A DNA stretch of 64,000 nt from Candidatus Hydrogenedentota bacterium (GCA_963674865.2 CAXXYE010000007.1:320001-384000), one strand, 5' to 3'. Shown: positions 30,095 to 39,641, numbered from the stretch's first letter. Numbers and translations: made by a program. Notes: a model not told the origin generated them from the sequence alone.

Positions 30095-31984
30095 TTACCT
30101 CACCTGCGCCAGGGCCGTATAGAGGTCCGCTTCGAGGACGTCGAGGTCGACATTCCTTAGCCGCTGGACGGCGCCCGCAATGGCCGGCCGCGCCGACGGC
30201 GTGATGGTCAGTGCGATCTCGCAGATGTCCCCCTCAGACGCCATCAGGCGCGCGTCTCGCACGGCGGCTATCGTGCCGAGCTCGTTCACAAGCGTCTCAA
30301 TCTGGCGCTGGCCTTGGACGCCCTTGACATACACCACGTACGACGCTGCACGGTCGTAGCGGGCCGCGAGTTTCTGGATGACCTCTGCTGCCACTTTCTC
30401 GCCCACGTCACGCAAAGAGTGGATGGCCGCGTCCTTGACGGTCAGTTGCCGCTTCTCGTTGACCCCCTCGACCCGCCCATCGGCGACGATGTCGCCCGTC
30501 ACCGGCATCACGAGCTGGTAGTCGATGTCGGTCTTGTAGGAATAGAACTGCCCGAGCTTGTCCCTCAGCTCGCCTATGACCGCCAGATAGAGCGCGAGGT
30601 CCGTCTGGTTCTCCTGGGCACGGCGCGCAAGTTCCTTAGGGCTGCCGACGGGCGGCTCGATAACCACGGTCCGCATGCTGGATTCCATCAACGCATCCGC
30701 CACGGCCCGGCGCGCGGAGATGCCCGGGAACGGCCGGTCGCCCACGTAGACCCTCTCGTGTCCGCCGACGGTGAAACTCACGTTCTCGCCTTCGATGGCC
30801 TTGAGAAGGTCATCCTGGAAGCGCACGCGCAGGATGACGTGGTAGATCCCGTCTTCCTGAGACTCCTGGAGTACGTCGTAGTCAACGAACCGGCCTTCGG
30901 CAAGCGACTCGATACGATGCTGCATGAGCAGGTAGTTGTTGGCGATGCTGCGCGCGGTGACCTGTGCGCCGTACTTCTCCTGAATCGCCACCCCGAGGGC
31001 ATCCAGAATCGCCGCGTTTCTGGCCTGGCCCGGCGCACCGCGAACAAGGGCATACCCGTTCGCGATGATACCGCCCGGCTCCCGAGCCGACTCCTTCGCC
31101 GGCCCGAGTTGCTGCTGCCGCCCCGGCGAAACCGCCTCCGGCCGCAGCACGGCGTGGATGACGGTCGGCTGGTCCGCCTCCATGGTGACCATCTGCGGAC
31201 GCGTCGTTTCGTACTGGTCCTTCCGCATCTTCAGCCAGAACTGCTGGCCGACGCCCACCATGACCTCCATCGGCGTCACCTGCAACTGCTTCTCCGGGGG
31301 CCACGGCTCATACCGGCCGAATTCCGCGCTTGCCACCAGCACCGTCGCACCCGGCGGGTCCGAGGTGACCACGAGCTTCTGCTTGGGCGTCTCCGCCGAG
31401 AAGTCTAGCGTGCAGTACAGAGGGTCCGCGGATTCCACATAGACGTATTGCGCCTCCGTCTCGATGAGCTTCTTCCCCTCTTTTCTGCGGCCTTTCACCC
31501 AGAACGCGTCGCCCACGGGCACCTGGCCATGAGCGGGCGTAATGGCCTCGCCCTCGGCCCCGGGCCAGGGCCGGTAGTCCCCGTCCATGGACTCGGCCAC
31601 AAGCACCTCCGCGCCGTCGCCCGGCTCCGAGTTGATGTGCACCGTCGCCGTGTCCCCGGTTCCGAGTTTGAGCCGCAACGCAATGTCCTTCCCCGGGGTG
31701 GCCCGGACGAAATACGGCTCGGAATCGCGGTAGCCGTCCTTCTGGAGCTTGATCCAGAAGAAGTCGCCTTTCCGCAGCGGCACGCTTGACGGTGTTACGT
31801 GCAGGCCCCTCTCCTTGTAGAAGTCCTGCCATGGCCCTGCCTCGTCCTCGCTGAAGAGGATATGGGCCTGGGACGGCTCCGACTCGATGGTGAGCGTGCA
31901 CACGCCCGACCGGGGCGGTGCTTGGGTGGTGGCGCAACCGACCAGCGCCAATGCGAGTAAACCGACCGGAATAATGCGTTTCAT
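30095..31984 (-). CDS. Lipoprotein with three PEGA-like domains and a FlgT-N-like region
   Basis: LALVGC lipobox; IESEP/INSEP/VTSDPPGA..TP repeats; ARNAAILDAL.. Confidence 0.7.
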   Translation of the reverse strand: MKRIIPVGLLALALVGCATTQAPPRSGVCTLTIESEPSQAHILFSEDEAGPWQDFYKERGLHVTPSSVPLRKGDFFWIKLQKDGYRDSEPYFVRATPGKDIALRLKLGTGDTATVHINSEPGDGAEVLVAESMDGDYRPWPGAEGEAITPAHGQVPVGDAFWVKGRRKEGKKLIETEAQYVYVESADPLYCTLDFSAETPKQKLVVTSDPPGATVLVASAEFGRYEPWPPEKQLQVTPMEVMVGVGQQFWLKMRKDQYETTRPQMVTMEADQPTVIHAVLRPEAVSPGRQQQLGPAKESAREPGGIIANGYALVRGAPGQARNAAILDALGVAIQEKYGAQVTARSIANNYLLMQHRIESLAEGRFVDYDVLQESQEDGIYHVILRVRFQDDLLKAIEGENVSFTVGGHERVYVGDRPFPGISARRAVADALMESSMRTVVIEPPVGSPKELARRAQENQTDLALYLAVIGELRDKLGQFYSYKTDIDYQLVMPVTGDIVADGRVEGVNEKRQLTVKDAAIHSLRDVGEKVAAEVIQKLAARYDRAASYVVYVKGVQGQRQIETLVNELGTIAAVRDARLMASEGDICEIALTITPSARPAIAGAVQRLRNVDLDVLEADLYTALAQVR

Positions 31985-32038
31985 GGCAACTCCCCCTTCT
32001 TCCTTCTGCTGATTCTAATGTATCAGGAACGGTTCCGG

Positions 32039-33223
32039 CTAGTCTATTAGAATCACCACGAAGCCCTCGCCCTGCGCCAACCGGCTCTCCAGCAGCGGCG
32101 TGAGCTTGAGCAGTGCCACACGGCCCAGCACAATGTCTTCGTTCGACTCGCCGCCCAGTCCCGCCGCCTGGATAACGAGCGGCCTCGCCCCGAAACCGGG
32201 GATGGACCGGGCCTCGTCCATAGTCCGCGCATAGCGTACCGTGGGCTCCTTGCCTGTGGCCAGGTGGTCCAGGATGCCGCCCGCAAGGGGAAACACCTGC
32301 TCGCCCTTCTTCGTCACGGCCCGGGGCTCGAGAACGGGCATGGCGCCGAGTCCGCGCGCGTCCACCACGAGGTCCGTGTAGGCCCCGTCATCCGCCAAGG
32401 CCCGCTGGGGCAGCGCAACGGTGATGTCGTCGACGCGCACGTCCGCGGGAGGTCCGACCAGCGCCACGATCGGCGGTTCCGGCTCGGCCGCCTCAGGATT
32501 GGCAACCACCGGCGCCGTGGGGGCGGCGGTAGCCTCCGCGGGCGGACCCGCTTCCGGTGCGGGTTCGTAGGGCGCGATCACTTCCTCGACAGCGGGCGAG
32601 TCAGGAGAAGAAGTTTCGGGCGCGGCCGGGCCGGCCTCGGGAACGTCCTCGTCCCCTCGGGCCGGCGCCCCCTCGCGTATGGTCACGTCCGGCTCACGCC
32701 CGAAAACCGTTGCATCCCGATAGACGGCCAGCCGCCCGGGCTGGATCCGGTAACCCTCCGGCGACGAGAAATCCTGGCCATGGTTGGATCGCGCCAGCAC
32801 CACCTCGACGTCCACTTCCGCCGTGCCGTCCTCACAATATCGCGTCTGAAGCACACGCACCCCTTTCAGGAACCCCCGGGTCTGCTCGCGGACCGCGTAC
32901 CGGGTCTGGACGAAGTCCCCGGATTCGCTCTGCGATGACAGATCCACCCCTTCCAGCAGCGCCGCCAGCTTCTTGAGCGCGTCCAGCTTGGCCGCCCCCA
33001 CGGCCATCAGACGCGCCTGGGCAGGCGAGACCGCGTCCGCAGGCGCCGCGCCGTACCCCGTCACACGGAAGACCCCCGAACCCATGTTAACATCGTTCAA
33101 GAGCGCCGGTTTCGGCGCCCTGTCCTGCCGCCCAAGCAGCGTATCCCACGCCGCGCGCAACTCCAAGGCCGACGCTGTCGTCGCCATCGCTGCGACTGCC
33201 AAGATAACGATGAGCTTCTTCAT
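32039..33223 (-). CDS. Secreted LPP20/FlgP-like protein with Pro-rich linker
   Basis: Signal peptide MKKLIVILAV; VTGYGA..ARLMAVGAAKLDALKKLA; YTDLVVDARGL. Confidence 0.7.
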   Translation of the reverse strand: MKKLIVILAVAAMATTASALELRAAWDTLLGRQDRAPKPALLNDVNMGSGVFRVTGYGAAPADAVSPAQARLMAVGAAKLDALKKLAALLEGVDLSSQSESGDFVQTRYAVREQTRGFLKGVRVLQTRYCEDGTAEVDVEVVLARSNHGQDFSSPEGYRIQPGRLAVYRDATVFGREPDVTIREGAPARGDEDVPEAGPAAPETSSPDSPAVEEVIAPYEPAPEAGPPAEATAAPTAPVVANPEAAEPEPPIVALVGPPADVRVDDITVALPQRALADDGAYTDLVVDARGLGAMPVLEPRAVTKKGEQVFPLAGGILDHLATGKEPTVRYARTMDEARSIPGFGARPLVIQAAGLGGESNEDIVLGRVALLKLTPLLESRLAQGEGFVVILID

Positions 33224-33431
33224 GACCCCGCTCCTTTCCTCTAGGGATGCCGTGAAATCGTCTTGCCATGGAAGGAGCAAGGCCCGTGCCGGGAAAGGTG
33301 TGACAGGCGGGTCACAGGAGAATCAGACTGCCGGCAGCCCTCTCCGCGTTGCTCGGCGTCCTCTGCAGCTCTGCGTTTGGATTTTTTTTAGCGCCGAGAT
33401 GCGGAGTTCGCAAAGGAGCGCAGAGGAATCA

Positions 33432-33677
33432 CGTGGTTAACTTGATCAGTTCCTATGCCGCGGCCAGGGCTTCGCCCTGGACCCACTAAGATTGCTCGGT
33501 GCGACGCACCTCACAATCTCAAACAACATCCCCCTCCGAAGCACCTTAACCAGGGAAAAACACCCCCGCGCTACGGGCCTGTGCGCGGCCTATGCTACGC
33601 GGCCGCGCTCTTGGCCCTTCGCGCTTCGCGGCTTACGCCGCGCAAGCAACAAAGCCGCAAAGCAGTAAGCAGCAAAA
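33432..33677 (-). repeat. Conserved 3' trailer of DGR-target gene, copy 2
   Basis: Matches 6937-7181; hairpins include 33583-33608 and 33627-33642. Confidence 0.9.
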
Positions 33678-33800
33678 CTACGGCCTGGCGAGGCGGAACC
33701 CCAAGCGGCTGCGCCGGTAGCCCGGGACGACCCTGAAACGATTCGCGGAACGGCAGTACCACGGATTGAGGGACCAGCTGCCACCACGGAGCACCCGGTA
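33678..33800 (-). other. Putative DGR variable repeat (VR2)
   Basis: Same NNC/NGG variation pattern; invariant 3' tail. Confidence 0.85.
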
Positions 33801-35732
33801 CGAGCCTGTGCTGGGGCCCGTGGGGTCGGTTACTGAACCCGAAGGATAGTCCCCGTACCAGTCCTGGCACCACTCCAAAACGTTACCAATCATGTCGTAT
33901 AAGCCAAAGGCGTTGGGGCGAAAACTCCCAACTGGCGCCGTCACCTTATGGCCGTCCGTCGTGTCAGCAGCGTCCCAGGGGTGGTTGAACTCCGCCTTCC
34001 CTGTTCGGTCATAGACGTTTGCGTAGTTGCCCATCGTTCCGTCGTCGTCCCCCCAGTAACGCACCGTATCCGTCCCGGCACGACACGCATATTCCCACTG
34101 CGCCTCCGTCGGCAACGTGAAACCCTCGCCCGTCCGCTCCGAAAGCCACTTGCAGAATGCCTGAGCATCTTCCCAAGAAACATACACCGCAGGTTGTCGG
34201 TCGCCGTCCAGGCTGTGGCCTGCGTATTCCTTGCTCGAATGATCAGCCTTGAAACGCCGGTACTGGGCATTCGTCACCTCATACTTGCCCATCCAGAAGC
34301 CCTTTGAAATTGTCACCCGGTGCCGCGGATGTTCGTCCGTGTAGTATTCCGCTTTGCCGTCGTACTTCGATGCCACCTGCTCGGCGCTTAGCTTGGACCC
34401 CATCATGAAGTCCCCAGGCGGAATCCACACCAGCTCGAGCGTCACACCCCCGCCAAGGTCGACCGTCTTGATGTCACCGGGCGTGGGCTGTCGCTCAGTC
34501 TGTTGCGACGGTTGCCTCGAGGCAGCGGGCGCGGCCGTTGTCGATGCCGGGCCTTGCCCTGGGTCATCACGCGCCGCCCGGCCCTGCTGGCCAGAGGTCT
34601 CAGAAGAGGCCGCCCCTGCAAGGCCGTTATCTTCCGGCCCCGCGGGAGCGGGGCCCTCCCGGCGGAGGATAAAGGGCACAGCCAGCGCGAGCATCACAAC
34701 AGCGGCGATAATCAAGAACATGCGCCTCTTCGGCGCAGCCTTTGCGGTTAGCGCCGGTGGCTCCGGCTGTCGTTGGCGCGGCTCTTGTATCTCCCTCGGC
34801 TGCGCGACACCGTTACCTGTGCGGCTGCGGCCTGAACCTCCGGACAACGCCTCCTGTGTGGTGCTTTCGCCCTCACGAACACCTTGACGAATGAGCCTCT
34901 GCACAACCTTTGCCGACTCGGGTCGTTCCTCAGGCGATGGAGCGAGCAGCTCGAGCAGGAGGTCGTCGAGCCATCGAGGAAGGCTACTATTGAACTCACT
35001 GGGCAACCTGAACCGGCCCAGGGGTAACCGCCCGGTCAGGCATTGGTAAATCACCACGCCCAACGAGTACAAGTCGGCCCGCCGCGTCGCCTCCTCCCCC
35101 TGGAGCTGTTCGGGGGCCATATATACGGCCGTGCCGACGGCTGCACTCGACTGCGTGAACCGGTTTGAACCCACGATCCGCGCCAGGCCGAAGTCCAGCA
35201 ACTTCACGGCGCCGTCCCGGCAAACAAAGATGTTCTGTGGTTTGATGTCTCGATGTATCGTCGTGCGGTGCGCGTAAGCCAGTGCCTCCAAAACACCGGC
35301 CATGACCCGCAACGTCTTGTCTAGGGACAGCGTGCCCCGCTCACTGAGGATTTCATCGAGGCTGTGGCCGTCGAGATACTCCATGGTCAGGAAACGAATG
35401 CCTGCGTGCTCACCCAGGTCATAGGTTGTCACGATATTCGGGTGAGAGAGCTTCTGGGCAATGTGGGCTTCCTGCACGAACCGCTGCTGAGCGCGTTCGC
35501 TCTTCATGAGGGACGGCAGGATGACCTTGAGCGCCTTGAGTTCGCCCTCCATGAGCTGGTCTCGGACCTTGTACACCAGGCCCATGCCCCCGCCGCCAAC
35601 GGCCTCGACCACCTCGAAACGATCGGCGACAACCTCGCCCGCCGCGAAAACGACGCCCTCGTCCTTCGCCGTGAACAGCGTCGGGTGGTCGCCAAGACTA
35701 TCGATGTTGAATGAACGTTCCATGTCCCCCAA
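33678..35732 (-). CDS. Ser/Thr kinase + TM + FGE/SUMF1 domain; putative DGR target 2
   Basis: GGGGMG, HRDIKPQN, DFG; TM MFLIIAAVVMLALAVPFIL; LPTEAQWEYACRAG; ends RGGSW..GFRLARP. Confidence 0.93.
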   Translation of the reverse strand: MGDMERSFNIDSLGDHPTLFTAKDEGVVFAAGEVVADRFEVVEAVGGGGMGLVYKVRDQLMEGELKALKVILPSLMKSERAQQRFVQEAHIAQKLSHPNIVTTYDLGEHAGIRFLTMEYLDGHSLDEILSERGTLSLDKTLRVMAGVLEALAYAHRTTIHRDIKPQNIFVCRDGAVKLLDFGLARIVGSNRFTQSSAAVGTAVYMAPEQLQGEEATRRADLYSLGVVIYQCLTGRLPLGRFRLPSEFNSSLPRWLDDLLLELLAPSPEERPESAKVVQRLIRQGVREGESTTQEALSGGSGRSRTGNGVAQPREIQEPRQRQPEPPALTAKAAPKRRMFLIIAAVVMLALAVPFILRREGPAPAGPEDNGLAGAASSETSGQQGRAARDDPGQGPASTTAAPAASRQPSQQTERQPTPGDIKTVDLGGGVTLELVWIPPGDFMMGSKLSAEQVASKYDGKAEYYTDEHPRHRVTISKGFWMGKYEVTNAQYRRFKADHSSKEYAGHSLDGDRQPAVYVSWEDAQAFCKWLSERTGEGFTLPTEAQWEYACRAGTDTVRYWGDDDGTMGNYANVYDRTGKAEFNHPWDAADTTDGHKVTAPVGSFRPNAFGLYDMIGNVLEWCQDWYGDYPSGSVTDPTGPSTGSYRVLRGGSWSLNPWYCRSANRFRVVPGYRRSRLGFRLARP

Positions 35733-36099
35733 ACACCTCGCTAGGACAAAACACAGTGTAGCCTAAGCCTCGGCCTCGGACAAGCCCATGAAGACAGGCA
35801 TCGTAGCTTGGGACGGGCGAGACCTTCGCCTAGGCTACCGGTCTCGCTACGCAATGCTCTCCCTCTTGCACTTGGAATCATCCTTCCGTGAAAGTAGCAG
35901 GGCCCGTGCCGGGTAAGATGCGACAATGGGGCCACAAGACAAGGAATTGAATAGCGGGATGTGGTCTTCTCTTGGCGCACTTAGCGCCTTGGCGTCTTTG
36001 CGTGAGAATATCTTTAACATGGAGGCGCCGAGGTCGCGCAAACACGCGGCGGAATCGCGTGTTTCATCAGCGAATTGACTGTCTCATATGTCCCTTTTT

Positions 36100-36130
36100 G
36101 ACCACGGAGGGCACGGAGAACACGGAGAAG
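36100..36130. repeat. 9-nt periodic repeat flanking the GxxExxY gene
   Basis: GACCACGGAG-GGCACGGAG-AACACGGAG; near copy at 36619-36652. Confidence 0.7.
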
Positions 36131-36205
36131 GTACCATGCCGATGTCGCTCATGCTTTCGGTAGTCTTCTCGCGCCTTCCTCAGTCGCCCCGAACGCTTCG
36201 CTCTA

Positions 36206-36601
36206 TCATCCGATGGACACCCGTCGCAGCCCGTCAATCATCCGCGGGACGTTGAAGTTCATCAGGTAGCCACGTCTGAAACCCAGCAATCGCAAGTAGC
36301 TCAGGATTTGGGCCATGTGGAGTTCGTTCAACTCTGATACGCATTTCAACTCGAGCAGCAGACAGTTCTCGACGATCACGTCCGCCCGAAAACCAAGCCC
36401 CAGATCGTGTCCGCGGTACGTGACGGGGATCTCGACTTGTGTGGAAGCAGCGATCCCAAGGCCCTTCAATTCAAATGCCAGCGCTTTCTCGTATACGGAC
36501 TCCAGTAATCCAGGTCCGAGCTTCCGGTGCACCGTAATCGCCGCGCCAATAACACGTTCGCACAGGGCATCCGGGCAATCGAGTAGTCCCGCGTTGCTCA
36601 T
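36206..36601 (-). CDS. GxxExxY protein (PD-(D/E)xK nuclease superfamily)
   Basis: VHRKLGPGLLESVYEKAL, FRADVIVE, LELK, HMAQILSYL, GYLMNFN; 131 aa from ATG at 36601. Confidence 0.93.
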   Translation of the reverse strand: MSNAGLLDCPDALCERVIGAAITVHRKLGPGLLESVYEKALAFELKGLGIAASTQVEIPVTYRGHDLGLGFRADVIVENCLLLELKCVSELNELHMAQILSYLRLLGFRRGYLMNFNVPRMIDGLRRVSIG

Positions 36602-36672
36602 AGTTTCAAGATCCTTATGACCACGGAGATAAGGGCACGGAGAACACGGAGAGAGGCCCCTCTTTCTTCCTC

Positions 36673-36773
36673 CGTGGTTAACTTGATCAGTTCCTATGCC
36701 GCGCTTCTGGCCCTTCGCGCTTCGCGGCTTACGCCGCGTATGCCGCAAGGCCGCAAAGCAGTAAGCAGCAAAA
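36673..36773 (-). repeat. Conserved 3' trailer of DGR-target gene, copy 3 (internally deleted)
   Basis: Both ends match copies 1 and 2; lacks 145 bp; keeps hairpin 36723-36738. Confidence 0.88.
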
Positions 36774-36896
36774 CTACGGCCTGGCGAGGCGGAACCCCAA
36801 GCTGCAGTGCCAGCCGCCCGGGACGCTCCTGCTACGATTCGCGGAACGGCAGAGCCTCGGGGCGTCGAACCAGCTGCCACCGCGGAACACCCGGCG
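36774..36896 (-). other. Putative DGR variable repeat (VR3)
   Basis: Same NNC/NGG variation pattern; invariant 3' tail. Confidence 0.85.
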
Positions 36897-39641
36897 CGAG
36901 CCACTACTGGGGCCCGTGGGGTCGGTTACGGAACCCGAAGGATAGTCCCCGTACCAATCCTGGCACCACTCCCAAACGTTACCGTGCATATCGTAAAGCC
37001 CCCAAGCATTCGCGCTCTTCCCGCCCACGCTATGAGTCTTCCAATCGCTGTTGCCGCTATACCATCCGTACCTACTCAGTGTGGAAGACGAATCTCCAAA
37101 GCAATACGCCGTCGTACTACCCGCACGGCACGCGTACTCCCACTCCGCCTCCGTCGGTAACCGGAAGGTGCCCTGTCCTTTAGTATTCAACTTCTTGACG
37201 AAGGCCTGGCAGTCGTCCCAAGAAACTTGCTCCACAGGTAGGTCGTCGCCCTTGAAGTGCGACGGATTATTACCCATTACCGCCTTCCACTGCGCCTGGG
37301 TTACCTCGTACTTGCCCAGCCAGAAACCCTTCGTGAGCGCTACCCGGTGCTGGGTCTCATCATCATCCCGGTTTTCCTCGCCCGCCGGGCTCCCCATCGT
37401 GAAGTCCCCAGGCGGAATCCACACCAGTTCGAGCGTCACACCCCCACCAAGGTCGACGGATCGCGTTTGACCCGCCTTAGGCGCCTGAGCCAATAGCTTG
37501 CGCTCGGGCGTCACCTCGACGGCCTTGGCATATTGCCCCTCGGCCTTGCCATACTGCTCGGAGGCCGCGCTGTAGTCGGCGGCGGCGAAGGCCTCCTCAG
37601 CCGATGACCATGCCCGATCGCCTGCGCCCACTTCGTCCTCGGCATACTTCCGCTCGTCCGTGCCGATCTGTTTCTGCGACGCGAGCGCGTCTTTCCGGGC
37701 CGTGTCGGCGCTCTTCTTCGCTGCAGCGAGGCGCTCACCAGCGATCTTCGCAGCCTCTGCGTATTTCGCCTCTGACTGCTGGTACAGGTCCTTAGCCTTA
37801 TCGAAATCCGTCTCCTTGCCCGCTTCGGACATCACGCCGTCTGCGCTGGCCAGTTCGCGGGACGCATACTTCCTCACCGTATCCGTCTGGGCCTTGGCCC
37901 GCGCCCCCTCGGCCGCTTTGCGTGCCGCGGCTACAATCGCCTCGCCCTGCTGCGCCGTTTCCGAGGCCGCGAGCTTGAACAGGCCCGCCGCTTGCTTGAG
38001 CAACTCGGCGCCCTTCACGCGGTCCTCAGTCAGCAGCGCTTGTTCCTCGACCTCGATGGCCTGTTCGTAGCGCGTCTTGGCCCATGTCGCCCCGTCGAGG
38101 GCGTCGGCTGCTTCCTTTTCCTTCTCGAGGTCGGCCTTGGCCTTATCAAATGCCGCAATCTCAGCAGATAACCTCTCGCCTTGCGCCTGCGCCTGGGCGA
38201 ACAGCGCCTCCGCCTCCTGGTACTTCTCCACGGCGGCGTCAAATGCCCTCAGCCTGTCATGGGCTTCCCCGTCCTTCAGGGCCTCTGAGCCCGCTTTGAA
38301 CAGTTCCTCCGCATGTTGCCCCCCCCCGGCGTCCTTAGCGGCTTGCTGGGCCGTCACGGCAGCTACCTTCGCCGAGCTGGCGTCTGCGGCCGTGGCGGAA
38401 TCAGGGACTGTCCCAAGCGAGTCCGCCGAAGGCGGACGAGACGGGACTGTCCCTAATTCCCGCGAAGCAGCGGGGCCATCCCCTGCCATGTCCGTCTCGA
38501 TAGGCTGGGAGGGTCGCGGCCCTGCACGTCCGTCCGGCCCTGCGGGAGCGGGGCTCTCCCGACGCCCAATCAGGAGCACGGCCAAGGCGAAGACGACAAC
38601 AGCGGCAACCCCCAGAACCGCCCATTTTGTCTTGCCTGTTCGTTGCGCCGCCCTGTCGAGCGCGTCGCGTAGAGCGGCGGCGGATTCATAGCGATCCTCC
38701 GCGCGGGGTTGAAGGCAGCACATAACCACCGAGTCAAGGGACTTGGGAACACCGGCAGCCACACGCGAGGGCAGGCCCACCGCGCCCACCGGGATCTCTC
38801 CCGTGAGCATCTGGTACAGGACCACCCCCAGGCTGTAGATATCCGCGCGGGCGTCGAGTTCTCGGAGGTGGATGCTCTGCTCGGGGGCCTGGTAATAGGC
38901 CGTGCCCAGCGCCATGCTCGACTTCGTCAGCCGGCCCGGCGACATGAGTTTCGCCAGGCCGAAGTCCAGCACCTTGATGGCGCCGTCGGGCCGGATCATG
39001 ATGTTCTGCGGCTTGAGGTCGCGGTGGATGGTGTTCTGGTGAGCGTATTCAAGGGCGTCGCAGAGCTGGCGGGTGATATCGAGCGCCTCATCGACGGGCA
39101 GCCGCCCGCCGCGTTCCTGTAATACGCGATGCAGCGTCTTCCCTTCGACATACTCCATCGTGAAGAAGTAGAAACCCCGGCGCTTGTCCGCCGCCAGGTC
39201 GTGCACCCGCACGATGTTGTCATGGCTCAACTGCTGGCTGATGGCCACCTCGGAGCGGAAGCGTTGCCGGGCCGTTTCGCTCGCCAGTAGCGAGGGCAGC
39301 ATCACCTTGAGGGCTTTCTCCAGGCCCAGGTGGCGGTCCTTGACGTGGTAGACGGCACCCATGCCCCCGAACCCGAGCTGCTTCACCACCTCGAACCGTT
39401 TCGCCACCACATCGCCCGGCTTCAGCAGGACGGATTGCTGCTCACGAATCAGGTCCGGGTCGAGTTCACTCCCCTGTGGCAGGAACGGCTTGAGCTGATC
39501 CTCCGCCCACGTCGGCGAATCTCCCGCCGACACCATCCCCGGGACAAACTCCTCCCCCGGCGCGCCGGCTCCCTCGCCGTCGCCTTCCCACCGCGTGGGA
39601 TTGTCGCCTTGACTGCTTATTTCTGGCGGTTCATGTGCCAT
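36774..39641 (-). CDS. Ser/Thr kinase + TM + Ala-rich helical stalk + FGE/SUMF1 domain; putative DGR target 3
   Basis: Kinase nearly identical to 16173-18938; TM WAVLGVAAVVVFALAVLLIG; RLPTEAEWEYACRAG; ends GFRLARP. Confidence 0.93.
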   Translation of the reverse strand: MAHEPPEISSQGDNPTRWEGDGEGAGAPGEEFVPGMVSAGDSPTWAEDQLKPFLPQGSELDPDLIREQQSVLLKPGDVVAKRFEVVKQLGFGGMGAVYHVKDRHLGLEKALKVMLPSLLASETARQRFRSEVAISQQLSHDNIVRVHDLAADKRRGFYFFTMEYVEGKTLHRVLQERGGRLPVDEALDITRQLCDALEYAHQNTIHRDLKPQNIMIRPDGAIKVLDFGLAKLMSPGRLTKSSMALGTAYYQAPEQSIHLRELDARADIYSLGVVLYQMLTGEIPVGAVGLPSRVAAGVPKSLDSVVMCCLQPRAEDRYESAAALRDALDRAAQRTGKTKWAVLGVAAVVVFALAVLLIGRRESPAPAGPDGRAGPRPSQPIETDMAGDGPAASRELGTVPSRPPSADSLGTVPDSATAADASSAKVAAVTAQQAAKDAGGGQHAEELFKAGSEALKDGEAHDRLRAFDAAVEKYQEAEALFAQAQAQGERLSAEIAAFDKAKADLEKEKEAADALDGATWAKTRYEQAIEVEEQALLTEDRVKGAELLKQAAGLFKLAASETAQQGEAIVAAARKAAEGARAKAQTDTVRKYASRELASADGVMSEAGKETDFDKAKDLYQQSEAKYAEAAKIAGERLAAAKKSADTARKDALASQKQIGTDERKYAEDEVGAGDRAWSSAEEAFAAADYSAASEQYGKAEGQYAKAVEVTPERKLLAQAPKAGQTRSVDLGGGVTLELVWIPPGDFTMGSPAGEENRDDDETQHRVALTKGFWLGKYEVTQAQWKAVMGNNPSHFKGDDLPVEQVSWDDCQAFVKKLNTKGQGTFRLPTEAEWEYACRAGSTTAYCFGDSSSTLSRYGWYSGNSDWKTHSVGGKSANAWGLYDMHGNVWEWCQDWYGDYPSGSVTDPTGPSSGSRRVFRGGSWFDAPRLCRSANRSRSVPGGWHCSLGFRLARP

